Source: Eledone cirrhosa (Eukaryota). Taken from it: a DNA stretch of 64,000 nt. Positions 50,901 to 64,000 of the stretch are shown here, one piece after another. The notes beneath the pieces were generated by a model that saw nothing but the letters and a program-made list of their open reading frames with translations, searched no databases and had not been told where the DNA came from. The position numbers and the translations under genes are program-made. The stretch's first letter is position 1; the number at the start of each line of letters is the position of its first letter. The stretch lies in the NCBI GenBank assembly GCA_964016885.1, contig OZ024742.1, positions 196,044,001 through 196,108,000 of the forward strand, given 5' to 3'.

Positions 50901-53900
50901 GGTAGAGATGAAGGAAAATATGTACATTACGTTACATGAATATCGTGGAGTAGACAGCAGCAAAGCAATGAAATTTGGCGAAGTGAATTCCTATCATATA
51001 TATATATAGAGAGAGAGAGGGGGCGCATGATGGTTGTGTGTGTTAGGCGTTTGACCGCCACATGCCTTCGAAGTAGCGGGTGGGGGGGGGGGGTCGAGTA
51101 AGCGGGGGTTTCGAAGGAAAGGATTTTTTTTTTTTGTTTTGAAAATACGCTAGAATTAGGGATTGAGGTTTGAAAATACGCTAGATTAAGAATTAAGGAA
51201 TTTATAAGAAGGAGGAGAGATAGAAGGTAATGATTGAATGGGGTCCTTGCATTTAACAAGCGATTAACAAAAATACAAAATTTGTTCTGTTCAATACGAC
51301 CAAAAACTTTCGTATTTAACAATTAATAAATACAAAAAATGTAGATTGTTTTAGCGTAGATTGGCTATTTGGACTTGATACGAAATATGGATTGTTTTGA
51401 AAATACGCTAGGATTTGTGGAGGTAGAGATGAAGGAAAATATGTACATTACGTTACATGAATATCGTGGGGTAGACAGGAGCAAAGCAATGAAATTTGGC
51501 GAAGTGAATTCCTATCATATATATATATATATAGAGAGAGAGGGGGCGCATGATGGTTGTGTGTGTTAGGCGTTTGACCGCCACATGCCTTCCAAGTAGC
51601 GGGTGGGGGGGGGGGGGTCGAGTAAGCGGGGGTTTCGAAGGAAGGAAGAAGGAAAGGATTTTGTTTTTTTTTGTTTTGAAAATACGCTAGAATTAGGGAT
51701 TGAGGTTTGAAAATACGCTAGATTAAGAATTAAGGAATTTATAAGAAGGAGGAGAGATAGAAGGTAATGATTGAATGGGGTCCTTGCATTTAACAAGCGA
51801 TTAACAAAAATACAAAATTTATTCTGTTCAATACGACCAAAAACTTTCGTATTTAACAATTAATAAATACAAAAAAATTAGATTGTTTTAGCGATAGATT
51901 GGCTATTTGGACTTGATACGAAATATGGATTGTTTTGAAAATACGCTAGGATTTGTGGAGGTAGAGATGAAGGAAAATATGTACATTACGTTACATGATT
52001 ATCGTGGGGTAGACAGGAGCAAAGCAATGAAATTTGGCGAAGTGAATTCCTATCATATATATATAGAGAGAGAGAGAGGGGGGCGCATGATGGTTGTGTG
52101 TGTTAGGCGTTTGACCGCCACATGCCTTCGAAGTAGCGGGTGGGGGGGTCGAGTAAGCGGGGGTTTCGAAGGAAGGAAGAAGGAAAGGATTTTGTTTTTT
52201 TTGTTTTGAAAATACACTAGAATTAGGGATTGAGGTTTGAAAATACGCTAGGAATTAAGGTTTGAAAATACGCTAGATTAAGAATTAAGGAATTTATAAG
52301 AAGGAGGAGAGATAGAAGGTAATGATTGAATGGGGTCCTTGCATTTAACAAGCGATTAACAAAAATACAAAATTTGTTCTGTTCAATACGACCAAAAACT
52401 TTCGTATTTAACAATTAATAAATACAAAAAATGTAGATTGTTTTAGCGATAGATTGGCTATTTGGACTTGATACGAAATATGGATTGTTTTGAAAATACG
52501 CTAGGATTTGTGGAGGTAGAGATGAAGGAAAATATGTACATTACGTTACATGAATATCGTGGGGTAGACAGCAGCAAAGCAATGAAATTTGGCGAAGTGA
52601 ATTCCTATCATATATATATATAGAGAGAGAGAGAGAGGGGGCATGATGGTTGTGTGTGTTAGGCGTTTGACCGCCACATGCCTTCGAAGTAGCGGGGGGG
52701 GGGTCAAGTAAGCGGGGGTTTCGAAGCAAGAAGGAAAGGATTTTGTTTTTTTTGTTTTGAAAATACGCTAGAATTAGGGATTGAGATTTGAAAATACGCT
52801 AGGAATTAAGGTTTGAAAATACGCTAGATTAAGAATTAAGGAATTTATAAGGAGGAGAGATAGAAGGTAATGATTGAATGGGGTCCTTGCATTTAACAAA
52901 AATACAAAATTTGTTCTGTTCAATACGACCAAAAACTTTCGTATTTAACAATTAATAAATACAAAAAATGTAGATTGTTTTAGCGATAGATTGGCTATTT
53001 GGACTTGATACGAAATATGGAATGTTTTGAAAATACGCTAGGATTTGTGGAGGTAGAGATGAAGGAAAATATGTACATTACGTTACATGAATATCGTGGA
53101 GTAGACAGCAGCAAAGCAATGAAATTTGGCGAAGTGAATTCCTATCATATATATATATAGAGAGAGAGAGGGGGGCGCATGATGGTTGTGTGTGTTAGGC
53201 GTTTGACCGCCACATGCCTTCGAAGTAGCGGGTGGGGGGGGGTCGAGTAAGCGGGGGTTTCGAAGGAAAGGATTTTTTTTTTTTGTTTTGAAAATACGCT
53301 AGAATTAGGGATTGAGGTTTGAAAATACGCTAGGAATTAAGGTTTGAAAATACGCTAGATTAAGAATTAAGGAATTTATAAGAAGGAGGAGAGATAGAAG
53401 GTAATGATTGAATGGGGTCCTTGCATTTAACAAGCGATTAACAAAAATACAAAATTTGTTCTGTTCAATACGACCAAAAACTTTCGTATTTAACAATTAA
53501 TAAATACAAAAAATGTAGATTGTTTTAGCGTATATTGGCTATTTGGACTTGATACGAAATATGGATTGTTTTGAAAATACGCTAGGATTTGTGGAGGTAG
53601 AGATGAAGGAAAATATGTACATTACGTTACATGAATATCGTGGGGTAGACAGGAGCAAAGCAATGAAATTTGGCGAAGTGAATTCCTATCATATATATAT
53701 ATAGAGAGAGAGAGAGGGGGCGCATGATGGTTGTGTGTGTTAGGCGTTTGACCGCCACATGCCTTCCAAGTAGCGGGTGGGGGGGTCGAGTAAGCGGGGG
53801 TTTCGAAGGAAGGAAGAAGGAAAGGATTTTGTTTTTTTTTGTTTTGAAAATACGCTAGAATTAGGGATTGAGGTTTGAAAATACGCTAGATTAAGAATTA

Positions 53901-56408
53901 AGGAATTTATAAGAAGGAGGAGAGATAGAAGGTAATGATTGAATGGGGTCCTTGCATTTAACAAGCGATTAACAAAAATACAAAATTTATTCTGTTCAAT
54001 ACGACCAAAAACTTTCGTATTTAACAATTAATAAATACAAAAAATGTAGATTGTTTTAGCGATAGATTGGCTATTTGGACTTGATACGAAATATGGATTG
54101 TTTTGAAAATACGCTAGGATTTGTGGAGGTAGAGATGAAGGAAAATATGTACATTACGTTACATGAATATCGTGGGGTAGACAGGAGCAAAGCAATGAAA
54201 TTTGGCGAAGTGAATTCCTATCATATGTATATAGAGAGAGAGAGAGGGGGGCGCATGATGGTTGTGTGTGTTAGGCGTTTGACCGCCACATGCCTTCGAA
54301 GTAGCGGGTGGGGGGGGGTCGAGTAAGCGGGGGTTTCGAAGGAAGGAAGAAGGAAAGGATTTTGTTTTTTTTGTTTTGAAAATACACTAGAATTAGGGAT
54401 TGAGGTTTGAAAATACGCTAGGAATTAAGGTTTGAAAATACGCTAGATTAAGAATTAAGGAATTTATAAGAAGGAGGAGAGATAGAAGGTAATGATTGAA
54501 TGGGGTCCTTGCATTTAACAAGCGATTAACAAAAATACAAAATTTGTTCTGTTCAATACGACCAAAAACTTTCGTATTTAACAATTAATAAATACAAAAA
54601 ATGTAGATTGTTTTAGCGATAGATTGGCTATTTGGACTTGATACGAAATATGGATTGTTTTGAAAATACGCTAGGATTTGTGGAGGTAGAGATGACGGAA
54701 AATATGTACATTACGTTACATGAATATCGTGGGGTAGACAGCAGCAAAGCAATGAAATTTGGCGAAGTGAATTCCTATCATATATATATATAGAGAGAGA
54801 GAGAGAGGGGGCATGATGGTTGTGTGTGTTAGGCGTTTGACCGCCACATGCCTTCGAAGTAGCGGGTGGGGGGGGGCTCAAGTAAGCGGGGGTTTCGAAG
54901 CAAGAAGGAAAGGATTTTGTTTTTTTTGTTTTGAAAATACGCTAGAATTAGGGATTGAGATTTGAAAATACGCTAGGAATTAAGGTTTGAAAATACGCTA
55001 GATTAAGAATTAAGGAATTTATAAGAAGGAGGAGAGATAGAAGGTAATGATTGAATGGGGTCCTTGCATTTAACAAGCGATTAACAAAAATACAAAATTT
55101 GTTCTGTTCAATACGACCAAAAACTTTCGTATTTAACAATTAATAAATACAAAAAATGTAGATTGTTTTAGCGTAGATTGGCTATTTGGACTTGATACGA
55201 AATATGGATTGTTTTGAAAATACGCTAGGATTTGTGGAGGTAGAGATGAAGGAAAATATGTACATTACGTTACATGAATATCGTGGGGTAGACAGCAGCA
55301 AAGCAATGAAATTTGGCGAAGTGAATTCCTATCATATATATATATAGAGAGAGAGAGAGAGGGGGCGCATGATGGTTGTGTGTGTTAGGCGTTTGACCGC
55401 CACATGCCTTCGAAGTAGCGGGTGGGGGGGGTCGAGTAAGCGGGGGTTTCGAAGCAAGAAGGAAAGGATTTTGTTTTTTTTGTTTTGAAAATACGCTAGA
55501 ATTAGGGATTGAGATTTGAAAATACGCTAGGAATTAAGGTTTGAAAATACGCTAGATTAAGAATTAAGGAATTTATAAGGAGGAGAGATAGAAGGTAATG
55601 ATTGAATGGGGTCCTTGCATTTAACAAAAATACAAAATTTGTTCTGTTCAATACGACCAAAAACTTTCGTATTTAACAATTAATAAATACAAAAAATGTA
55701 GATTGTTTTAGCGATAGATTGGCTATTTGGACTTGATACGAAATATGGATTGTTTTGAAAATACGCTAGGATTTGTGGAGGTAGAGATGAAGGAAAATAT
55801 GTACATTACGTTACATGAATATCGTGGGGTAGACAGGAGCAAAGCAATGAAATTTGGCGAAGTGAATTCCTATCATATATATATATAGAGAGAGAGAGAG
55901 GGGGCGCATGATGGTTGTGTGTGTTAGGCGTTTGACCGCCACATGCCTTCCAAGTAGCGGGTGGGGGGGGGTCGAGTAAGCGGGGGTTTCGAAGGAAGGA
56001 AGAAGGAAAGGATTTTGTTTTTTTTTGTTTTGAAAATACGCTAGAATTAGGGATTGAGGTTTGAAAATACGCTAGATTAAGAATTAAGGAATTTATAAGA
56101 AGGAGGAGAGATAGAAGGTAATGATTGAATGGGGTCCTTGCATTTAACAAGCGATTAACAAAAATACAAAATTTATTCTGTTCAATACGACCAAAAACTT
56201 TCGTATTTAACAATTAATAAATACAAAAAATGTAGATTGTTTTAGCGATAGATTGGCTATTTGGACTTGATACGAAATATGGATTGTTTTGAAAATACGC
56301 TAGGATTTGTGGAGGTAGAGATGAAGGAAAATATGTACATTACGTTACATGAATATCGTGGGGTAGACAGGAGCAAAGCAATGAAATTTGGCGAAGTGAA
56401 TTCCTATC

Positions 56409-56448
<40 letters not shown>

Positions 56449-59400
56449 GGGGGCGCATGATGGTTGTGTGTGTTAGGCGTTTGACCGCCACATGCCTTCG
56501 TAGTAGCGGGTGGGGGGGGTCGAGTAAGCGGGGGTTTCGAAGGAAGAAGGAAAGGATTTTGTTTTTTTTGTTTTGAAAATACGCTAGAATTAGGGATTGA
56601 GATTTGAAAATACGCTAGGAATTAAGGTTTGAAAATACGCTAGGAATTAAGGTTTGAAAATACGCTAGATTAAGAATTAAGGAATTTATAAGAAGGATGA
56701 GAGATAGAAGGTAATGATTGAATGGGGTCCTTGCATTTAACAAGCGATTAACAAAAATACAAAATTTGTTCTGTTCAATACGACCAAAAACTTTCGTATT
56801 TAACAATTAATAAATACAAAAAATATAGATTGTTTTAGCGATAGATTGGCTATTTGGACTTGATACGAAATATGGATTGTTTTGAAAATACGCTAGGATT
56901 TGTGGAGGTAGAGATGAAGGAAAATATGTACATTACGTTACATGAACATCGTGGGATAGACAGCAGCAAAGCAATGAAATTTGGCGAAGTGAATTCCTAT
57001 CATATATATATATAGAGAGAGAGAGGGGGGCGCATGATGGTTGTGTGTGTTAGGCGTTTGACCGCCACATGCCTTCGAAGTAGCGAGTGGGGGGGGGTCG
57101 AGTAAGCGGGGGTTTCGAAGGAAGGAAGAAGGAAAGGATTTTTTTTTTTTTGTTTTGAAAATACACTAGAATTAGGGATTGAGGTTTGAAAATACGCTAG
57201 GAATTAAGGTTTGAAAATACGCTAGATTAAGAATTAAGGAATTTATAAGAAGGAGGAGAGATAGAAGGTAATGATTGAATGGGGTCCTTGCATTTAACAA
57301 GCGATTAACAAAAATACAAAATTTGTTCTGTTCAATACGACCAAAAACTTTCGTATTTAACAATTAATAAATACAAAAAATGTAGATTGTTTTAGCGATA
57401 GATTGGCTATTTGGACTTGATACGAAATATGGATTGTTTTGAAAATACGCTAGGATTTGTGGAGGTAGAGATGAAGGAAAATATGTACATTACGTTACAT
57501 GAATATCGTGGGGTAGACAGCAGCAAAGCAATGAAATTTGGCGAAGTGAATTCCTATCATATATATATAGAGAGAGAGAGAGAGAGAGGGGGCATGATGG
57601 TTGTGTGTGTTAGGCGTTTGACCGCCACATGCCTTCGAAGTAGCGGGTGGGGGGGGGGGTCAAGTAAGCGGGGGTTTCGAAGCAAGAAGGAAAGGATTTT
57701 GTTTTTTTTGTTTTGAAAATACGCTAGAATTAGGGATTGAGATTTGAAAATACGCTAGGAATTAAGGTTTGAAAATACGCTAGATTAAGAATTAAGGAAT
57801 TTATAAGGAGGAGAGATAGAAGGTAATGATTGAATGGGGTCCTTGCATTTAACAAAAATACAAAATTTGTTCTGTTCAATACGACCAAAAACTTTCGTAT
57901 TTAACAATTAATAAATACAAAAAATGTAGATTGTTTTAGCGATAGATTGGCTATTTGGACTTGATACGAAATATGGATTGTTTTGAAAATACGCTAGGAT
58001 TTGTGGAGGTAGAGATGAAGGAAAATATGTACATTACGTTACATGAATATCGTGGGATAGACAGCAGCAAAGCAATGAAATTTGGCGAAGTGAATTCCTA
58101 TCATATATATATAGAGAGAGAGAGAGAGGGGGGAGGCGCATGATGGTTGTGTGTGTTAGGCATTTGACCGCCACATGCCTTCGAAGTAGCGGGTGGGGGG
58201 GTGTCGAGTAAGCGGGGGTTTCGAAGGAAGAAGGAAAGGATTTTGTTTTTTTTGTTTTGAAAATACGCTAGAATTAGGGATTGAGGTTTGAAAATACGCT
58301 AGGAATTAAGGTTTGAAAATACGCTAGATTAAGAATTAAGGAATTTATAAGAAGGAGGAGAGATAGAAGGTAATGATTGAATGGGGTCCTTGCATTTAAC
58401 AAGCGATTAACAAAAATACAAAATTTGTTCTGTTCAATACGACCAAAAACTTTCGTATTTAACAATTAATAAATACAAAAAATGTAGATTGTTTTAGCGT
58501 AGATTGGCTATTTGGACTTGATACGAAATATGGATTGTTTTGAAAATACGCTAGGATTTGTGGAGGTAGAGATGAAGGAAAATATGTACATTACGTTACA
58601 TGAATATCGTGGGGTAGACAGCATCAAAGCAATGAAATTTGGCGAAGTGAATTCCTATCATATATATATAGAGAGAGAGAGAGAGGGGGCGCATGATGGT
58701 TGTGTGTGTTAGGCGTTTGACCGCCACATGCCTTCGAAGTAGCGGGTGGGGGGGGGGGTCGAGTAAGCGGGGGTTTCGAAGGAAGGAAGAAGGAAAGGAT
58801 TTTGTTTTTTTTGTTTTGAAAATACGCTAGAATTAGGGATTGAGGTTTGAAAATACGCTAGGAATTAAGGTTTGAAAATACGCTAGATTAAGAATTAAGG
58901 AATTTATAAGAAGGAGGAGAGATAGAAGGTAATGATTGAATGGGGTCCTTGCATTTAACAAGCGATTAACAAAAATACAAAATTTGTTCTGTTCAATACG
59001 ACCAAAAACTTTCGTATTTAACAATTAATAAATACAAAAAATGTAGATTGTTTTAGCGATAGATTGGCTATTTGGACTTGATACGAAATATGGATTGTTT
59101 TGAAAATACGCTAGGATTTGTGGAGGTAGAGATGAAGGAAAATATGTACATTACGTTACATGAATATCGTGGGGTAGACAGCAGCAAAGCAATGAAATTT
59201 GGCGAAGTGAATTCCTATCATATATATATAGAGAGAGAGAGAGAGAGAGGGGGCATGATGGTTGTGTGTGTTAGGCGTTTGACCGCCACATGCCTTCGAA
59301 GTAGCGGGGGGGGTCGAGTAAGCGGGGGTTTCGAAGCAAGAAGGAAAGGATTTTGTTTTTTTTGTTTTGAAAATACGCTAGAATTAGGGATTGAGATTTG

Positions 59401-61563
59401 AAAATACGCTAGGAATTAAGGTTTGAAAATACGCTAGATTAAGAATTAAGGAATTTATAAGGAGGAGAGATAGAAGGTAATGATTGAATGGGGTCCTTGC
59501 ATTTAACAAGCGATTAACAAAAATACAAAATTTGTTCTGTTCAATACGACCAAAAACTTTCGTATTTAACAATTAATAAATACAAAAATTGTAGATTGTT
59601 TTAGCGATAGATTGGCTATTTGGACTTGATACGAAATATGGATTGTTTTGAAAATACGCTAGGATTTGTGGAGGTAGAGATGAAGGAAAATATGTACATT
59701 ACGTTACATGAATATCGTGGGGTAGACAGCAGCAAAGCAATGAAATTTGGCGAAGTGAATTCCTATCATATATATATAGAGAGAGAGAGAGGGTGGCGCA
59801 TGATGATTGTGTGTGTTAGGCGTTTGACCGCCACATGCCTTCGAAGTAGCGGGTGGGGGGGGTCGAGTAAGCGGGGGTTTCGAAGGAAAGGATTTTTTTT
59901 TTTTTTTTTGTTTTGAAAATACGCTAGAATTAGGGATTGAGGTTTGAAAATACGCTAGGAATTAAGGTTTGAAAATACGCTAGATTAAGAATTAAGGAAT
60001 TTATAAGAAGGAGGAGAGATAGAAGGTAATGATTGAATGGGGTCCTTGCATTTAACAAGCGATTAACAAAAATACAAAATTTGTTCTGTTCAATACGACC
60101 AAAAACTTTCGTATTTAACAATTAATAAATACAAAAAATGTAGATTGTTTTAGCGTAGATTGGCTATTTGGACTTGATACGAAATATGGATTGTTTTGAA
60201 AATACGCTAGGATTTGTGGAGGTAGAGATGAAGGAAAATATGTACATTACGTTACATGAATATCGTGGAGTAGACAGGAGCAAAGCAATGAAATTTGGCG
60301 AAGTGAATTCCTATCATATATATATATAGAGAGAGAGAGAGGGGGCGCATGATGGTTGTGTGTGTTAGGCGTTTGACCGCCACATGCCTTCGAAGTAGCG
60401 GGTGGGGGGGGGGGTCGAGTAAGCGGGGGTTTCGAAGGAAGGAAGAAGGAAAGGATTTTGTTTTTTTTTGTTTTGAAAATACGCTAGAATTAGGGATTGA
60501 GGTTTGAAAATACGCTAGATTAAGAATTAAGGAATTTATAAGAAGGAGGAGAGATAGAAGGTAATGATTGAATGGGGTCCTTGCATTTAACAAGCGATTA
60601 ACAAAAATACAAAATTTATTCTGTTCAATACGACCAAAAACTTTCGTATTTAACAATTAATAAATACAAAAAATGTAGATTGTTTTAGCGATAGATTGGC
60701 TATTTGGACTTGATACGAAATATGGATTGTTTTGAAAATACGCTAGGATTTGTGGAGGTAGAGATGAAGGAAAATATGTACATTACGTTACATGAATATC
60801 GTGGGGTAGACAGCAGCAAAGCAATGAAATTTGGCGAAGTGAATTCCTATCATATATATATAGAGAGAGAGAGAGGGGGGCGCATGATGGTTGTGTGTGT
60901 TAGGCGTTTGACCGCCACATGCCTTCGAAGTAGCGGGTGGGGGGGGGTCGAGTAGGCGGGGGTTTCGAAGGAAGGAAGAAGGAAAGGATTTTGTTTTTTT
61001 TGTTTTGAAAATACACTAGAATTAGGGATTGAGGTTTGAAAATACGCTAGGAATTAAGGTTTGAAAATACGCTAGATTAAGAATTAAGGAATTTATAAGA
61101 AGGAGGAGAGATAGAAGGTAATGATTGAATGGGGTCCTTGCATTTAACAAGCGATTAACAAAAATACAAAATTTGTTCTGTTCAATACGACCAAAAACTT
61201 TCGTATTTAACAATTAATAAATACAAAAAATGTAGATTGTTTTAGCGATAGATTGGCTATTTGGACTTGATACGAAATATGGATTGTTTTGAAAATACGC
61301 TAGGATTTGTGGAGGTAGAGATGAAGGAAAATATGTACATTACGTTACATGAATATCGTGGGGTAGACAGCAGCAAAGCAATGAAATTTGGCGAAGTGAA
61401 TTCCTATCATATATATATAGAGAGAGAGAGAGAGAGGGGGGGCATGATGGTTGTGTGTGTTAGGCGTTTGACCGCCACATGCCTTCGAAGTAGCGGGTGG
61501 GGGGGGGGTCGAGTAAGCGGGGGTTTCGAAGGAAGGAAGAAGGAAAGGATTTTGTTTTTTTTT
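41885..61563. repeat. Tandem array of ~549-bp monomers, ~36 copies (last one truncated)
   Basis: Marker aaggtaatgattgaa counted 36 times from 41891 to 61115; each unit has 3-5 tttgaaaatacgctag subrepeats, variable (TA)n(GA)n, poly-G and poly-T tracts. Confidence 0.98.
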
Positions 61564-62958
<1,395 letters not shown>

Positions 62959-64000
62959 TAACTTTGAATAACTTTGAAATGTTTTGGCCAGTATTGGCCC
63001 AGGCCATGTCTAACTTAATTGCACCACCTGGCGAAGTCTTTCAATTCAGGATTTGGGCACCATGGCCCATTCGAGAAGAGAATTACTGTTTGCGGAGACA
63101 TATCCGGGTGTGGGTGGTTTGTCCGGGATTACTTGGAGGAATTTGTCCAAAGACTTCTTGAATTTTGTGTGGTCAGTTTCTGTTTTGACGTGTCCTGGTG
63201 TGATGTTGAAGAGAGCAGGGCCGATTGAGGTGAAATAATTGTGCCGTATTGTTGTTATGAGTTGCGATTTAGATTTTTGAATGGGACGGATAGCACGGGG
63301 CCCAAGCCTTGGGTGTATCTTGAAGGCGATGCCAACATCATTTGGGCAGTGATGATGGAACATTTTCCACATCATGCAGATAATATAACGCTCACGGCGA
63401 CGTTGGAGTGAGTAAAGTTTCAGGTTTTCCAATCGACCCCAGTAGTCAAGGTCTGACATGCCATCTATCTTTTTCGTGATTGCCCTTTGAGGAGCTTCAA
63501 GTTTCATGATACTTTGTTTCGTGTGGGGAGACCACAGTGGACAACAGTATTCAAGGTGTGGTCGGGCGAAAGTAGAGAAGAGAAGGATAATGGTGCGGGA
63601 ATCTCTCGACTGGAAGGTTCTGAGGATCCAGGAACACATTCTGCGGGCCATGTCAACTTTGCTGCTTATATGCGTGGTCCAGCTTATGTTGCTGTCCACG
63701 GTTACTCCCAAGTCTCTGATGTTGTTAGATGCCACGAGAGTTTCCCCGGAGGGAAGGGAGTACGGGAGTTTCAGAGCATCCTCTTTTCCAAAGTGGATCA
63801 GTTCGAATTTGTCTTCGTTCAGTAACATGTTGTTCTTTTCTGCCCATTGGGTAACAGCCAGTAGGTCTGACTGAAGGCTTATCCGGTCATCCACGCCATT
63901 GATGACCTTTTGGAGCTTGGAATCATCAGCGAAAATTTTAATGTTGCTGTGTTTGATGATGTCAGTGATGTCATTAATATAGATGATGAAGAGAAGTGGG
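62959..64000 (-). mobile_element. CR1-like LINE 3' part (continues beyond the window)
   Basis: Minus frame open from the window edge: [10 protein letters not shown]...IFADDSK...LQSDL...RDLGV to stop at 63046; tail ttcaaagttattcaaagtta. Confidence 0.92.
63046..63999 (-). CDS. CR1-like reverse transcriptase, partial, uninterrupted frame
   Basis: ORF 63046-63894 extended to the window end, FADD motif. Confidence 0.85.
   Translation of the reverse strand, partial: PLLFIIYINDITDIIKHSNIKIFADDSKLQKVINGVDDRISLQSDLLAVTQWAEKNNMLLNEDKFELIHFGKEDALKLPYSLPSGETLVASNNIRDLGVTVDSNISWTTHISSKVDMARRMCSWILRTFQSRDSRTIILLFSTFARPHLEYCCPLWSPHTKQSIMKLEAPQRAITKKIDGMSDLDYWGRLENLKLYSLQRRRERYIICMMWKMFHHHCPNDVGIAFKIHPRLGPRAIRPIQKSKSQLITTIRHNYFTSIGPALFNITPGHVKTETDHTKFKKSLDKFLQVIPDKPPTPGYVSANSNSLLEWAMVPKS

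Noticed and set aside
41885-61563. Repeated small ORFs MLNTKVFG.../MDLIRNMD... as a tandem gene family
   Set aside because: They start at TTG, their C-termini shift with microsatellite length, and I recognise no domain.
41885-61563. Array as a 5S rRNA, tRNA, snRNA or HHR-satellite cluster, or CRISPR
   Set aside because: I found no 5S/U-snRNA signature, cloverleaf or CTGANGA core by eye, and there are no unique spacers. An Rfam cmscan is still advisable.

Overview
Eukaryotic, AT-rich, gene-free repeat landscape. The SINE/LINE repertoire and microsatellite load suggest an octopus or other coleoid cephalopod (inference, not verified). No host protein-coding gene is supportable; most long ORFs are translations of (TA)n/(TATG)n/(GT)n microsatellites. 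1-24 kb holds many minimal hammerhead ribozyme (HHR) motifs of Penelope pLTR type (often in inverted repeats), tRNA-derived SINEs, a non-autonomous Helitron, MITEs, Tx1/L1 and R4/Dong LINE fragments, minisatellites and a 200-N assembly gap. 24.3-63 kb is a degenerate (TA)n/(TATG)n tract packed with retrotransposons (CR1-like x2, RTE x5, Penelope). The most striking object is a near-full-length RTE LINE (APE + RT with an embedded PHD finger, minus strand, 38084-41884) whose 5' UTR runs without a spacer into ~36 tandem ~549-bp monomers (41885-61563). The whole ~23.5 kb block is bounded by (TA)n on both sides, suggesting one element with a giant 5' monomer array. All coordinates were read by eye and may be off by a few bases.
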